From assembly GCA_964106915.2 (NCBI GenBank), contig OZ066923.1: a stretch of DNA of 64,000 bases. The stretch is one strand, 5' to 3'. The position numbers and the translations under genes were made by a program. This stretch comes from Podarcis gaigeae (Eukaryota). The notes under the pieces are model-generated. The model was not told the origin of the DNA and made no database searches. It saw nothing but the letters and a program-made list of their open reading frames with translations. Shown piece by piece: positions 24,339-37,827 of this stretch (the first letter of the stretch is position 1; each line of letters begins with the position of its first letter).

Positions 24339-24790
24339 CCTGCTGACACCTGGGGCGGACCAAAGTTCTTGAGCTTTCCTGAGGAAATCAAAGTCGTCAA
24401 GCTTATTTTAGGGCAGCCACCAATTTGTGCTGACATAAATATTTTCAGAAGCCATCCTCTGGATGGTTGAATGAGCCTAGGAGATCTTCCTACTGAAAGC
24501 TAACACTTCTACGGAAAGAACCAAAGGGCAGCTCATACGATCCATTACCCTGGAATAAAAACCCTTGAACATAACTTCAGCTTTTGAACTACTTACAAAC
24601 CCAAGAAACATCCTTTGCCTATATGGTCCTGTGAATAGTAATATAACTATTATGTATGGCAGATAGCATTTAACATTCCCTAGCGTAGCAACCCCTGCCA
24701 GCACCTGGGGCGGACCAAAGTTCTTGAGCTCTCCTGAGGAAATCAAAGTCATAAAGCTTTTTTTAGGGCAGCTGACCATAAGCCAACATA
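24339..24790 (+). repeat. Dispersed ~80-bp direct repeat pair (24339-24417 and 24694-24772)
   Basis: CACCTGGGGCGGACCAAAGTTCTTGAGCT(T/C)TCCTGAGGAAATCAAAGTC...TTTTAGGGCAGC occurs twice, 355 bp apart. Confidence 0.9.
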
Positions 24791-25775
24791 AAACACTGCT
24801 GCCCTACAGACCCTCGCCCAGTGTGGGTCGTTCCCTCCTGGCTGCCTTCGCTTCTGCCCATACCCTTCGACGGTGTGTGGGATGGAACACTCTGCAGTTC
24901 CTTGGTTGTGCAGATAGAAGTAAAAGTATTAACTTCAGGATAATACTCCTTTCATGATCATGATTAAGTGGATTTACAAACCCAGAATATCAAGGAGTTC
25001 TGCTTTTTATGGAAACACGATAGTCCTTGGCATGTCTTTAAAATATTCTGTCAACTCATGGCCCTTGAATGGCTGCAGCTGAGTCCAACATTGATCTAAG
25101 CATTTTATAATGGCTACGTCCAATCCAAGAAGTGCCAAAGTGCTAATGGTCCCCTTTGTGTAGAATGAAAACACCATATTGCTCTTTTTCTCTTCCAAAA
25201 ATACAGCAGCCATTTCAAGTGGACAAAGCTGCATTTGGCAAAACTAAGTTGATGAAAGCTTCTTTCTCATCCCATTCCTACACCATCTCCTACAGCCTCC
25301 CTCCCTTTCTTGGCAGAAAAGATCTCTTACTGAAGCTCTGAAAGTGTCAGAGGATGCTGACGATTAAACATGCAGGCAGCTTAATGCATATAATGAACAT
25401 AAAGCATCCACCTTACTGGATGCGCCAGAGATCATTTGCTACTGAAGACACAGTCATTGAGGAGGTACTAAAAGGAGAAATGCACAGCATTTGAAGAGGG
25501 AAACTAGACACTAGGGAATTGGGCTACAGTATTATCACTTATTACAGAACAGATATTGCTTTTAAGAACAAGCTGGTGACAAATACTTCGGTGTATGGAA
25601 AGATAAACCATTCTGTCTGCTCCCAAATCTCCCCCTCCCCTTTAGCAGCTCTCATTCTATTCAGCCTCCAGCTTTTCCTACCACGAAGTCATAACGCTGA
25701 AAGGAAACCAACAATTCTCTGAATTCAACACTTTGCTTGAAAGTTGACCATGTATGCTTGCAACCCAATTTGGGC

Positions 25776-26399
25776 TGTTGTGGATGAGCTGGCATCCATG
25801 TGGACCACTCTCTTGGCTCCCTCCCTCAGATGCAGTACTAGAACTTTCAGCTCAACTCTTCCCACAAATTCCACCGCATGGTTTATTCATATATAGATTC
25901 TGGTTACACAGTTCAGAAGTTCAAAGTAGAGCTCTAAGCTACAGGCCTTGGCACAAACCAAGACGTTGTCTCAACACCTGACACACCCCTTTGAAGCATG
26001 GGATGGGCACAGACATTTCTCCTCCCATGGTTCTCCTCCCAAGTGATGGGGCTGAACAAGCAAGAGGGCACTTCATGAATAGGCTGGGTTTACGTAAGCC
26101 ACCACAGCCAATGGGATGTCCTTGGAGACAGGGTCTGAGTCTGCCCAGCCGACTCACTGAGTGACCCAAGCTCACACCCCTCCGCAGTTGCTGGAGCAAC
26201 CTCACTCCCAGGAGGTGGGATGGGGCTGGCTTACTCGGCTTTCCCTCCTCTGCTGGGACATCCACCACCAACAGGACAAGGAAGTTGTCTAGTGGAATTA
26301 CTCAGATGCTCCCTGCCAACAGTCTCAGTACTCCCATCCCATTCCTCCTCCTCCTGCTCTGATCAATCCTGCCAAGAAATCCCCATGGGGCTCACAACA
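25776..26399 (-). mobile_element. Possible older, degenerate solo LTR
   Basis: TGTTGTG...CACAACA terminal inverted repeat, minus-strand AATAAA at 25882-25887 and a purine-rich 5' part (EQEEEEWDGSTET in the T|GTT frame). No TSD recognisable. Confidence 0.45.
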
Positions 26400-26614
26400 T
26401 TCATACAACGTATGAAATCAGACCAGACCAGACCAGAGGTGACTACTACTCCACCATCCAGCCATGATGGGTATAACCAACTTCTTATCCAAGATGCATG
26501 GGGTACAGCACACAAGACGTATCCCCACAGCTACCCTGTGAGGTAGATAGGACAGGAGAGATCAGCTTATCTAAGGCAGCTAAGAGATGTTCATGGCTAA
26601 GCAGGGATTCAGAT

Positions 26615-26760
26615 ACAAGTATTGTCTATATGGGCTGATAGTAATCTCCAGGGTTTCAGACAGAAGTCTCTCCTTGCCCTACCTGGAGATATCAGAGTTT
26701 GAACCCGGGGCCTTCCACATGCAAAGCGGGTGCTCTACCGACTGAGGTACACCCCTTTCC
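26615..26760 (-). mobile_element. tRNA(Ala-like)-derived SINE, partial
   Basis: Minus strand CTCAGTCGGTAGAGCACCCGCTTTGCATG..GGTTCAA. Confidence 0.7.
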
Positions 26761-29700
26761 AGGTCTCCCTGGTCCACATGACCTACATCCAATAATTTGC
26801 CCCATTGAGTGTCCAAGACAAACCTGCTGGCAATTTTTAATGGGTCCTATGATGTTAGATGGTGAACAGAGCATAAAAGCAACTCAGAATGCTTGCAATC
26901 TATGTTAGACTGGGGACAGAGGAGTCAGGGATTGATAAAGGGTATAATGCTATATTTTATAATATATATTATAGATACGCTGCCACCTCCTTTTATAATA
27001 TGCTTGCTCACACAGGTGTGAAAAAGATTTCTTTGAAACAGAGGATTGAGCCAAGTGCTCAGACAAATCTAACACTTAAAAGTTTACAACTTGAACTTTT
27101 GACTACTTCTCTTCAAACTAGCTTCAAACTGAAACCACTTTGATTTTTCAAGGGCATTTTCTTCCTTGAAGATGATTTTCCTTATGTGAGAAGGATGCAT
27201 ATTATTTTGAGTACATCTGTTTTATTGAATTGCTGTTGCACTCTGTATTCATTTGTGCTTTCTTTTTGTAACTGTTGTTTTCTGATTTTATCCAGTGGTT
27301 GGTTGGTTGGTCGGTTGGTCGGTTGGCTGTTAATTAAACATATATTTCACATTTTGTTAGCAGTACTTTTCTCAAGTGCCTGGGATAAGGAGTAGAGCTG
27401 CGGTCAGGGAGCTGAGGTCAGGAAGTGGCAAGGTAAGGCTTGGCTGTTTTGAGAAAGGCCCAGGAAACAGCAGAAGGAATCCAAAGACTGTGGTGTCCAA
27501 TGCAAGCTGCCAATATTCAGAGGCTCAGTGATGAGCCCAAGCTGCGTATCTAAGAGTTGCTTTAAAGAAACTCTGTAGACTATACCCAACATAGTAGTAT
27601 AATGTGTCAAGGCAACTGCTGCAGTAGAATTCATCCATCTTTCTAGACAAATCTCTAACTACAGCCTTTCCCTTTGACCAGGGGAGTGCTGAGCTATCAT
27701 ATTATTAGCAACAATAAACAACTGTAATGCATAGAACAAAAGTGGAGCCTGGGGAGCAACATGAGATGGCAATTCTAGCTAAACTGAGTAGCAACTAAAC
27801 TCAAGTGCTTTGGAGCACTGAGGTTTTCAAAGATACAAACTGTCATCATCACGCAACTTCTAAGACCGCAAGCACACTACAAGAAAAAACACAATGCCAC
27901 ACAGAGCACAGATGTTAATGGGACTGAAATACAATGGATCTTTCTTGGGCTGCCGCGCCCAATATCAAGTAAATATTTGATTGAATACACACAGACACAG
28001 ATTTAACATGAAGAGGGTTTAAAATAGGGTTAAATAAATTCACAAAAGGTGAATAGTCAAGCATCTGGCCAAGCCAGGCTGATAGAAAGAGAGAGGGCCT
28101 CACTCCTTCTAAGAGCTGCAATGGTGCAAGTGATCACTGAGGAGCCATTTCGGTCTGAACCTCTCAATCTTAGAAGTAACTTCCGTAATCCTAAAGGAAA
28201 AAGTGAATGGCTGTACTCACGGAAAGGGATCTGGTCCACCATAATACTTTCTCCATAGCCTATATAAGTGTTTGAACCATTGCCTTCCATACCCAAGTCC
28301 TCGCATCACACTGATCTATTGAAGATGTCAGCCTTATTAGCTTCCTCTTACCTGTAGCTTAATGCTACCAAAATTGTCCCCCACAGCATTGCCAGCAGAT
28401 GGCCCAGTTCCCCTCCCCATGCGCTCAATTCGTTTCAGTTAGCCTTAATGAGAGTCAAGCACATGCACTGAAGCGTGAAAGGACTTCATAAAAAGAAGGA
28501 ATTGGCTCGTGGTGAAGCTAGTTTTCGGTCCACTTCTCCTACCATAGGAAATACTCATTAAGAGGCTGCGGCCCAGGTGCCAGAGCAAATGGCTTCTATT
28601 TTAGCAGCATTCCTCCTAAGACTCTTTGAAAGTAGCGTTGGAGGTAGCTTCATTACAGAAGTAATGGAGCCTGCACAGAGAAATCAGTGCCTTGCGACTT
28701 TAGCAAGATCCAACCTAGATATCCCACCCTCCCTTTGCTACAGACTCAATTCCTGTCCCCAATAATAAATAATAATAATAATAATAATGAAATTGCCCTC
28801 TGCACCATCACTGCACCCCTCGGGTGACTGGTATGATTCAAGATGGCAGTACCAAGGATCAAATGGAGGCCTCAAGACCAGTGGTGGAGAAACTAAGAAA
28901 ATGAGACCATAGGCTTTTTAATCCTTCAGAGATCTTCCTTTGCCCTAGTTATATTCTTGTCAGTAAATGCCATTAAGAGGAAACTTAGCGCATACAAACA
29001 AACTGATGATTTTTCTGTAGGTAACTGGCAAATATGGAGAAAAGTGGCAAAGTTGCTGTGCAACAGGAACCTGTTCCACAGGCTAGAAGCAGCACAATTG
29101 TTTGCCTGTGGGCAGACACAACCAACACCCTTGAGTTTACTCAATCCCCAAAACATTCCCACCCTCGCACTTGTGTGTTACACAACTTCACTGAATTAGT
29201 GTTGTATGGAAGCTGGGGGTTGTTTTTTTTGGCAACCATGTGATCATATCCCTAATGCCTATTAAAAACTAATGATTGGTGAATTGTAGATACTTTTTTC
29301 TATGTCTACCAAAACATAGCTGAGTAATTTCAACATGAACAACCAAATAAGAAATGCATGTATCAAAGGGAGGATTAAAAGAAAAAGAAGTAAGAGATGA
29401 CCTAAAAGATAATAAAGAATGTCACCCACCACAGACATACTTCAGGGAGATGAGTGATGGATTGTAAGTCATGTCCACTGACTTTGGAAAGAGAAGTTCC
29501 AATGTACTGTGAAGTTAATGCTCATCATATGAAAGGCTGCAGCCAAAAACATGGCTCTCTCTTTCCCTTGAAATTGCTTTGCTCTGTTTCCTAGTTTGTT
29601 TATTGTTCTAGTAATGGGCTACATTTTAACATGTCAGATATTGCATCCTCTTTATAAATGGGAGCCATCATTATGCAGCGGACGTTCAATGGGAATGGAC

Positions 29701-32700
29701 CATAACAACATGTTGGGCATCTAGGGATGGCTGGAATGGTCTATTTCTAGGATAAGTCAGTTTCACCTGTGTTTATTTTTAAATCTGTTCTGTCCTGTTT
29801 CCTCATTAATCTGCAGTTGTTTTCTTAAAACTAAACTGTACAAAAAAACCCCCCATATGTAAAGATGTACTTAAAACAAAACATTTAATTATTTCCATTT
29901 ATAAATGTATTTTAGTCTCAAATATGGATTTTTGTTTTCTACCTTTTGATAATGCTTTTTGAGTCAAAACTATAAAATAATTATTTTCTGATCAATGTAT
30001 TAGTTTGGGAGATGTGAATTAGAGTCATTTCCTGAAAAATGTGGTCGAAACAAAATTCTCTATGCGTGCATTTAGAAGAAATGGAAATTGCACCAACTCA
30101 AAAGGGCTGGGGAACTTTGAATTGCCAACCATCTCCATGGTGGACCACACATGCCTACAGTGCCAGACATGATCAGATCAACTCAATTACTGCTCCCAGC
30201 TCCCCTGCCTGCTGCTCCCCCTTCCCACTTCATGCCCCCCTTTTCTAATCAGATAACAAACAGTCTAATAACTGGCTGTGTGTCTGTCAATCCAATTATT
30301 TCCTATTTGGGATGTGCTGACACTCCATTAAATAAAGCCGACAGATGGCAAGATCTTTCATTATCGTTCAACTGACTGATTAGCCGCTTATGCGCAGCAC
30401 AGGAGCGCAGAAATCAATGCAATCAGGTGTTCGTCGACTGAAAGCTCCAGAGGGGCAAATGCCAGAGGGCAGGGGCGAAAGCTGCATCCAGCATACCAAC
30501 ACAGCTAAAACTGAGCTCCAACACCTTCTGTAGTCCCTTCTCAACTCACGCTCACACATCTGGAGCTGAGGAATGCAGGGTCGCTGCTTGCTTTTTGTAA
30601 CCAACGGCTTATTAATATGAATAGAAAGTAGTGGATCAAATGCCAGAGAGGTAGAATACCACTGTGATGCCTGTTGCATCACACATAAACACTCCCAACC
30701 CACATCCCAGCAATGGCACCATCATGCACCTTTTTTCCACATCACCCAAGTACCAGACACACACTGACTTGGACGTAGATGCTCTCAAGCAAGCTGCCTC
30801 TCTTTTGAGAGGTACAAATACCCCTGGGCGCAGGAAGGATTTCTTAAGGGATCGACAACTCTGCTTATTTGATCTGCAAAACAGGAAGCGCACCATCCAA
30901 TTTACAACATTATTCACAGAAGCTAATCCTTTGACCAGTCTGACTGTCTTGGTTTACTTCTAATATGCAGAACAAGCAGAGGATTCCGTGTGTGATGATG
31001 ACGCAATGCTGCTACTGTTTTGTCTATTAACTTGGTTTCTACTGGATCAGAGTCTGGCTACTCTCTTTAGAGAAATATAGGAGTCCAGGACTAATTCTGT
31101 TCCATAGCTGGTTACAGTCAGAATTGAGCACAACAGCTTTGCCTGTGGCCAGGACTGCACTCTCCACATCTCAGAGCTCCAGTGAAATAAAAAGCTGTAA
31201 CTGGAAAGAGCCCTGTGTTACATCTCTGAGCACAGACGAAAGGAGAGAAGGGCGCAGGTGAATCCACAAAAATGGAGTACTATATTAGAGACCACTTCTT
31301 TATAGTAGGGGGGAAAGTGAAGAGAATTAACCATCTCCTTCCATGAGGGTAAAATGTTTGTGAGACAAAAAATTATTATTATTATTTTGGAAAAAAATGT
31401 TTGTGGGACTGCACTTAAAAGTTGGAAAGCACAGTGTTTTATATTTCGGTTATCAAAAATCTATACATTTTTCTTGCATTGGAAACCATCAATGAAATTC
31501 TAACATTTTCAGAAGATCTGGTACCAAAGCAAGAAAAATGGTATTCTAGGAGCTAAAGAAGCAGATTAAGGTTATATTACTGTGTTAGATTCAACTTTGA
31601 TATGCACCACAAAACTGGAAGCAATGCTAGTCTTTGACATTTTCACATTTGAAACAGAATGATACTCTCTCTTTTCTAACACTGGAGTCCTATTTGTTAA
31701 TACTGCAGGCAGGAAAATGGTAAGTACTTCGGAATCCGATGCTGCTAGGCGCAGCTGCTCAATGCTGCTACACGACAAGATCAGTCTTAATCAAGATATA
31801 ATCCAATTGCAACTCCACCCTGGAGAAATACGTCCAAATGGTTGTATTCGTCAAAGAGCTACTCAGAGGAGACCCACTGAAATTAATGAACCTGTCAGGT
31901 CTATCAGTTTCTAAGTAGGAGTAGCACTGGATACAACCCAAAACATCAGCAGCATGACCATCCTTTTTATTTTAGATCTTTATTAATTATGTATTTTGTA
32001 TTCTCATTTTGTTTTTTCTATTGTGACCCACTCTGGCAACTTTGAATGAAGGGTGTCATGCAAATGTAATAAACAACAATAATAATGTGGGAACTGCATC
32101 TGATGTTTAGGCACATGAAACAGCTGGATGGCGGCAGACATGTGCTCACCTAATCCAAAATCCATCTTTCACTTTAAAGCTAAGCTATGCTTGAGCCAAG
32201 TACTATTTGAACCTTGATCAGACTCATTATTGTGTTGGCAGAACAACGCAGCTCAATGGCACTGAGCAATATTGAGCTTTAAGGAGGGAGGGGGAACCCA
32301 TCTAAAGCAAACAGCTGCGCCCCACACTACAGTTTCAGCTGAGCAGGCCTCTCATCCAGCAAAGTCTGGAGGTTGAGCATCACCATCAAATTTTATTGCT
32401 TGTCCTAGGAGGCAGCACATGCTAAACCAATAAAGTTGTTGATGATGATGACCAGAGGGGCTCTCCTCGTATGTTTATTCAAAAGCAGGCTGAATTTAAG
32501 ACTGAACTCTTGCCAAATCTAGAAAAGCAGCAGCAGTGGAGCAGTAATCATAGAATTTGCATTTTTTTCAACCTAGGTGCAAGTTGCTTAAAGGAAAGTA
32601 ACAGTGGTCCATCATACTAAAAGGAAACCATGGAAGAAATTATAAGGAAGCAAAAAATAAGTTCTGAATGTGCACAAAGCTGTAACAAGCACTAAAAAAA

Positions 32701-33253
32701 GAATGGTGGAACCACATGGGCCTTTGATCTGATCCATCACAGTTTTTCGCTATGTTCTTACAATACAGAAAATGTGCATTTTCACATGTTGTTGGACACT
32801 AACTCCCATCAGTCTTAGCCAGCACAGGTCATTGTCAAGAATGGTGTGAGTTGTGCTTCATTTGCAGGGCCACAAGTTCCCTTTGCTTCATGCAGCATCT
32901 TCTTTAGAGCACAGCTTGGTAAGCAATGTCTTGGCCCAATCAAATCCCATACTCAGTGGGTCTCCTGCGGTAACTGGGGAATGCTGCCACTCATTTTTGC
33001 CACTAATGATCCAGGAACTGCAACAGAAGAGCCTCTGACCTAACCTTATGCTCATGTGGTTTCATTTATGAATGAGACAAAATTGGAATTTTCTTAAGTA
33101 AGGCCAGTCCTAATGTAAAGTGATTCTGGTGGCTGACGAGGCGGCATAACTCAGAAAAAAGAAACATTCTGCTGCAACAGAAGGAATCAAGGGCATGTCT
33201 TTCATGGTACCACTTTCCTTGTTCCAAAAGAGTAAAGACTGATGCATGGCCTT

Positions 33254-33609
33254 GGGTAAAGGTAAAGGGACCCCTGACCATTAGGTCCAGTCATGGCCAA
33301 CTCTGGGGTTGCGGTGCTCATCTCGCTTTATTGGCCGAGGGAGCCGGCGTACAGCTTCCGGGTCATGTGGCCAGCATGACTAAGCCGCTTCTGGCGAACC
33401 AGAGCAGCGCACGGAAACGCTGTTTACCTTCCCGCTGGAGTGGTACCTATTTATCTACTTGCACTTTGACATGCTTTCAAACTTCTAGGTTGGCAGGAGC
33501 AGGGACCGAGCAACGAGAGCTCACTCCATCACGGGGATTCGAACCACCGACCTTCTGATCAGCAAGCCCTAGGCTCTGTGGTTTAACCCACAGCGCCACC
33601 CGCATCCCG
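33254..33609 (-). mobile_element. Sauria SINE
   Basis: Reverse complement of the 5440 type. TSD GATG(C/A)ATGGCCTT. Confidence 0.93.
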
Positions 33610-34039
33610 ATGAATGGCCTTACTTACCTTGTAAAGAGTAAAAGTACTACAGAATGCACAAGAAATGCCGTTACTGAGGCTAATCTACATCAGATGGAAG
33701 CTACAGCAAAGGCTCTTCAGAAGCTCCCAGGTGTGGGGTAGCAGGAGATCATTCCTTGTTTCTCAGTTTGATCCTTTTACGTGGTTTTGTATGTTTTGTG
33801 GTATCTTATGCATTGCAATTTGCTGTTATTTCTATTCTTACAGATTGGTAATTCTTTATTGGGGTTGACAAGTGTAAACTTTAATAATTATTTGCTGGTG
33901 TTTAATTTTACTGTTTACTATTACATTCCAATGGATTGCTGAATGTTGCTTTGTTTGATACAAATTGTTTATTTCAAAGTTATTGTGACTTTTTATATTG
34001 GATCAGATTGTTACTATTAATGTTTCATGTTTTAACATG

Positions 34040-34140
34040 TGTTGGAAGCCGCCCAGAGTGGCAGGGACAACCCAGCCAGATGGACGGAGTAAAAATAAGA
34101 AAATTATTATTATTATTATTAGTAGTAGTAGTAGTAGTAG
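34040..34140 (+). mobile_element. L2 3' tail fragment
   Basis: GGAAGCCGCCCAGAGTGG...CCCAGCCAGATGG followed by (ATT)n(AGT)n. Confidence 0.8.
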
Positions 34141-35190
34141 AAATAGTAGGTTGGCAAGTAACTCAATGGAACTTGTCTAAGACAATGACAAGGGATGGAT
34201 CAGAGATGTCAAACTAACGAAGCCTTGAACTCGCAACACTTCAGACATGTAAACCGAGAATGCCAACCACACAACCACTCTGACTCACATATCCAGAGCA
34301 CACAATCAACCTTCAAAAAAATATAGTACGTTAATTTACTGCAGTCATTTAGATATCTAGCTTTATTAACATTTTTTCCACATTTAACTCCCTTTCGGGG
34401 GCACCCTAACCTGCTGCCCCTGCATCATAACATACTCAACCCTTAAATCTCTTAGTAATGAATAATCATCAACTGAGGTTTACCCTACTCTGTGGCTTTC
34501 CGGTGGCAGCATAGTGACCTGTGCTTCTTTTTAATACCAAGTAACAGTTTTTTTGCCTTTAATGGTACGTTTTAGCCTCCTAACTTTTAGTACCAACACA
34601 TTTAAAGCTCAGCAATGTTGTTTTAATTACAGGCTCAAAAGGAAGAAAGCACAAAGTATGGCTGGAACCAGCCGGCGCTCACAGCTCTCCAGATGGAGAA
34701 AACAAACTATGCCATATTGCTTGGGCATGCCTCGGAGTGGGGGGAAGTCTGTAAATGAAAAGACAAACCAGGAGCGAAAGTTGTTGTCTTTCCCTAGGGC
34801 GGGGGAGGGCAATGCTCTATTCTAAAAATCTTTTGCTTAAATAGGAGTTGAAACTTGGCTATCATTCTACCTGTTGTTTAGTAGCATGCACTGTCAGGAT
34901 CACACTGAATTGTGGAATGTGGCCTCCAGTTATTTCAGGTCTTTGAAGAAAATCTAAAAGTCTCCATTTCATTTCAACAGCAAAAGAGCATCTCCCCCAC
35001 TTCCAAAGTTCCAGTTTCTTTCCCCTCTTCGGCATGTTTAATCCTGGTATTTCTACAGTCACGGTTTACCTGCAAACCACTGTCACATATTGGAGGAATC
35101 CCTGTGCCCATCTAAAGGGTCAGAGCCTTTGAGGAGGAGAAAAGGGCTTGCATTTTCACAGGACCTATATGTAAGCTGCATGTTATAGCT

Positions 35191-35323
35191 CAGGCAAAGG
35201 CAAACTCCAGCCCTCCAGATGTTTGGGACAATTCCCATCATCCCTGACCATTGGTCCTGTTAGCTAGGGATGATGGGAATTGTAGTCCCAAACCTCTGGG
35301 GGGCCGGCGTTTGCCTATGCCTG
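35191..35323 (+). mobile_element. Palindromic hAT MITE (same family)
   Basis: CAGGCA...TGCCTG termini with TSD TTATAG(C/G)T. Confidence 0.88.
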
Positions 35324-35707
35324 TTATAGGTGCTTTATTGCCTAAGGGGTTACCCTACATCTTATATACAACAACTCAGCTCTGCAAAAAAAGACAGCAC
35401 CTTTTCAAAGTCATTTTGAGAGACATACACCCAAAAGGCAGCTTCTGGAAGTGCTGCAATGGAAGGAGGAAGAAGAATGGCAGCGTGCGGGGGGGGGGGG
35501 GGTAAAATAAGCTTTTTCTTCCATTTTTTAATTCCATGCTCAGCTTTGAGCCAACTGACTCGCACCACAGGATGAAAAAACACCCATCTTTTGATCCTGC
35601 GCTCTGGCACAGAGAATGGAATATCCAGGATTGAGATCAGAAGTAGGGGAGGCTTCTCTCCATCTGGGATGCCCCGTTTAAAATGGGACAGTTTGCAACA
35701 TTAGATA

Positions 35708-36716
35708 CAGTGGTACCTCAGGTTACATACTGTCAGAGTTGCCTCCAGGTCCCAGCTCACAGAGGACCAACGCTAGTCAGTAATAACGTATAAAAGTCTT
35801 TATTGAAGATTAGTTTCCATTTCCAAACCGCAGCGTGCAACTCTACGTCTTAGAGCTTAGATCGGCAAAGCTCCATCTGAGTCTCCGCCTCTTAGACACC
35901 AGTTTAAGACTCTAGCCTTACTCCACCTCTTCCGTTGTTCTTTCCTCCTCTGGGTCCTTCTGCCCCCTGGGGTTTCCTCCTTTCTGGACTCTTCTGATGC
36001 TGACCCCCCTGAGTCTTGCCCCTCCTTCCGGCGGGCTTTAGGACCTGGCTCCCTATCCGGGCTACCTGCTGTGCCGCTCGCCTGTACATTTGAACTTGGC
36101 GCGCGCGCCCAGCCGGTAACTTTCCTCTTGACCGTTTCCCCGCTCTCCGATGAAGGCGTGGCCAGTCCTGACTCATCTCCTCTCGCTGGTGGTGAGAACA
36201 CTGGTCCCGATGCCTGGGAATCCTCCCCCCCCCACTGCGCTCTGGTGGGGAAGCTGGTCCTGATTTCCAACTGCTGCTCTGGGAGTCCCCGCTGGCCCCT
36301 TCCTTCTGGGGTTTCCCCCTTGGCACCCCCCTTGCCCTGGCCATCGGCGCTCCCTTCTGTGAATCTTCCGATTCGCTGGAGAGGCGCATGGAATCCCTCT
36401 GATCACTGTCACCGCCTACGCTCCCTTCGGATTCCTCCCCCTCACTCTCCATTTCCTCCCTCTCCTGTGCCTCTGCTCCTGAGCCCCTGACACATACGCT
36501 TCAGGTTACATACACTTCAGGTTACACACTCCGCTAACCCAGAAATAGTGCTTCAGGTTACAAACTTTGCTTCAGGATGAGAACAGAAATCGTGCTGTGG
36601 CGGCGTGGCTGCAGTGGGAGGCCCCATTAGCTAAAGTGGTGCTTCAGGTTAAGAACAGTTTCAGGTTAAGTACGGACCTCCGGAACGAATTAAGTACTTA
36701 ACCTGAGGTACCACTG
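35708..36716 (+). mobile_element. Tigger/pogo-like MITE hosting LTR copy 4
   Basis: TA|CAGTGGTACCTCAGGTTA...TAACCTGAGGTACCACTG|TA, same family as 4607. Confidence 0.9.
35731..36492 (-). mobile_element. Solo-LTR-like element, 762 bp, copy 4 (different family), nested in a MITE
   Basis: TGTCAG...CTGACA termini with TSD CATAC (35726-35730 / 36493-36497). AATAAA near the 3' end on the minus strand. A ~210-aa frame runs from base 2 with one frameshift at a 9-C run (36225-36233). Confidence 0.88.
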
Positions 36717-37827
36717 TACAATGTTTTGTAACATTAGATAGAGGAAGTGTTAAGAGTCTAATTGCTTCTGCAAGCTTAACTGTTCTCTCTCCAACGTTTT
36801 TCAAGCTCAATACCATCAGGCTACAGCTGCACACATTTAGTTTGGTCCAAAGTCTGCTAGCAGAAAGGGGACATTTGCACAAGGGTAAGGAAGGGTCAGT
36901 AGTTTTCTACAGAGATGCAGTGGTTCGAAAGAGCTTCAGCCCAGATCTTAGAAGATCTGCAGTTCTAGTCTGCCTGTGGCCAATTACAATTGACAATTAG
37001 GTTTATGAGATGTTCAGTGCATTGTGGAATACACTGCTATCTGTAGCCATAGAATAGTGTGGCTGGAAGGGATTTTAGCATATTATCCAGGTCGTGTCTC
37101 CTGTCCTAAAAGAGAATATACATCTTATTGCTCCTAAATTGCTTGTCTAGTCATCAAAAGCATCAAGGTGGATGATCTCACAACGTCCTTTAGGCAGTTT
37201 GGCTCAGTCCTAAGAATGTGCAATTTGAATGACTTCCTAGTAACTTAAAATTACTGAATCTTGTCCTGTATTCAGTGGAGAGGATTATATATTATATAAT
37301 ACAGAAAGAACTATGAACCTTTGGGGGAAAGTATAGTAGCGGAATACTGCGTTGCCCCTTCCCTGGAAGGTTGCTTGAAGAAATATTGACTGCCTTCATA
37401 GCAACAGCAGGTATGTTGGTAAAACTGTTCGTCAACCATTTTGAAATGTGTTGTGTGGAAGGAAGGCATAGGAGAGATTGCTCCTGCTTAAAAAAAGAAA
37501 AGAAAAAAACAGATTTTCTGTGCATGCAAAAATAATTATTACCCAACTTCCCCTGTCCTGCCTTGCATTGATATACTGAGTTTTCATATGTGTAGCAAAC
37601 ATCCCCGCCCCCAGGAAACATAGATATGTGGTCTCCTCCCACCCTTTTGCAGGCTGATGTGACAGAGTCCCAGAACAGTTTTTTGCCAGTTTACATGATG
37701 TTAGTGAGAACCTGGCCTTGTTCTCAGTGTGCCAAAGAAATGAAAAGCAAGTCCTGCAGCAGTTCCTTTGCCCTTATCATGATCATGTATTGTAAGCTGA
37801 TTTTCTCATAAGCCATGGGTATTCTAA

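Noticed and set aside
35904-36225. C-terminal half of the 182-aa track ORF 35904..36452
   Set aside because: Probably off-frame after a homopolymer slip. The alternative frame (stop at 35857) continues the composition and carries the basic+W motif.
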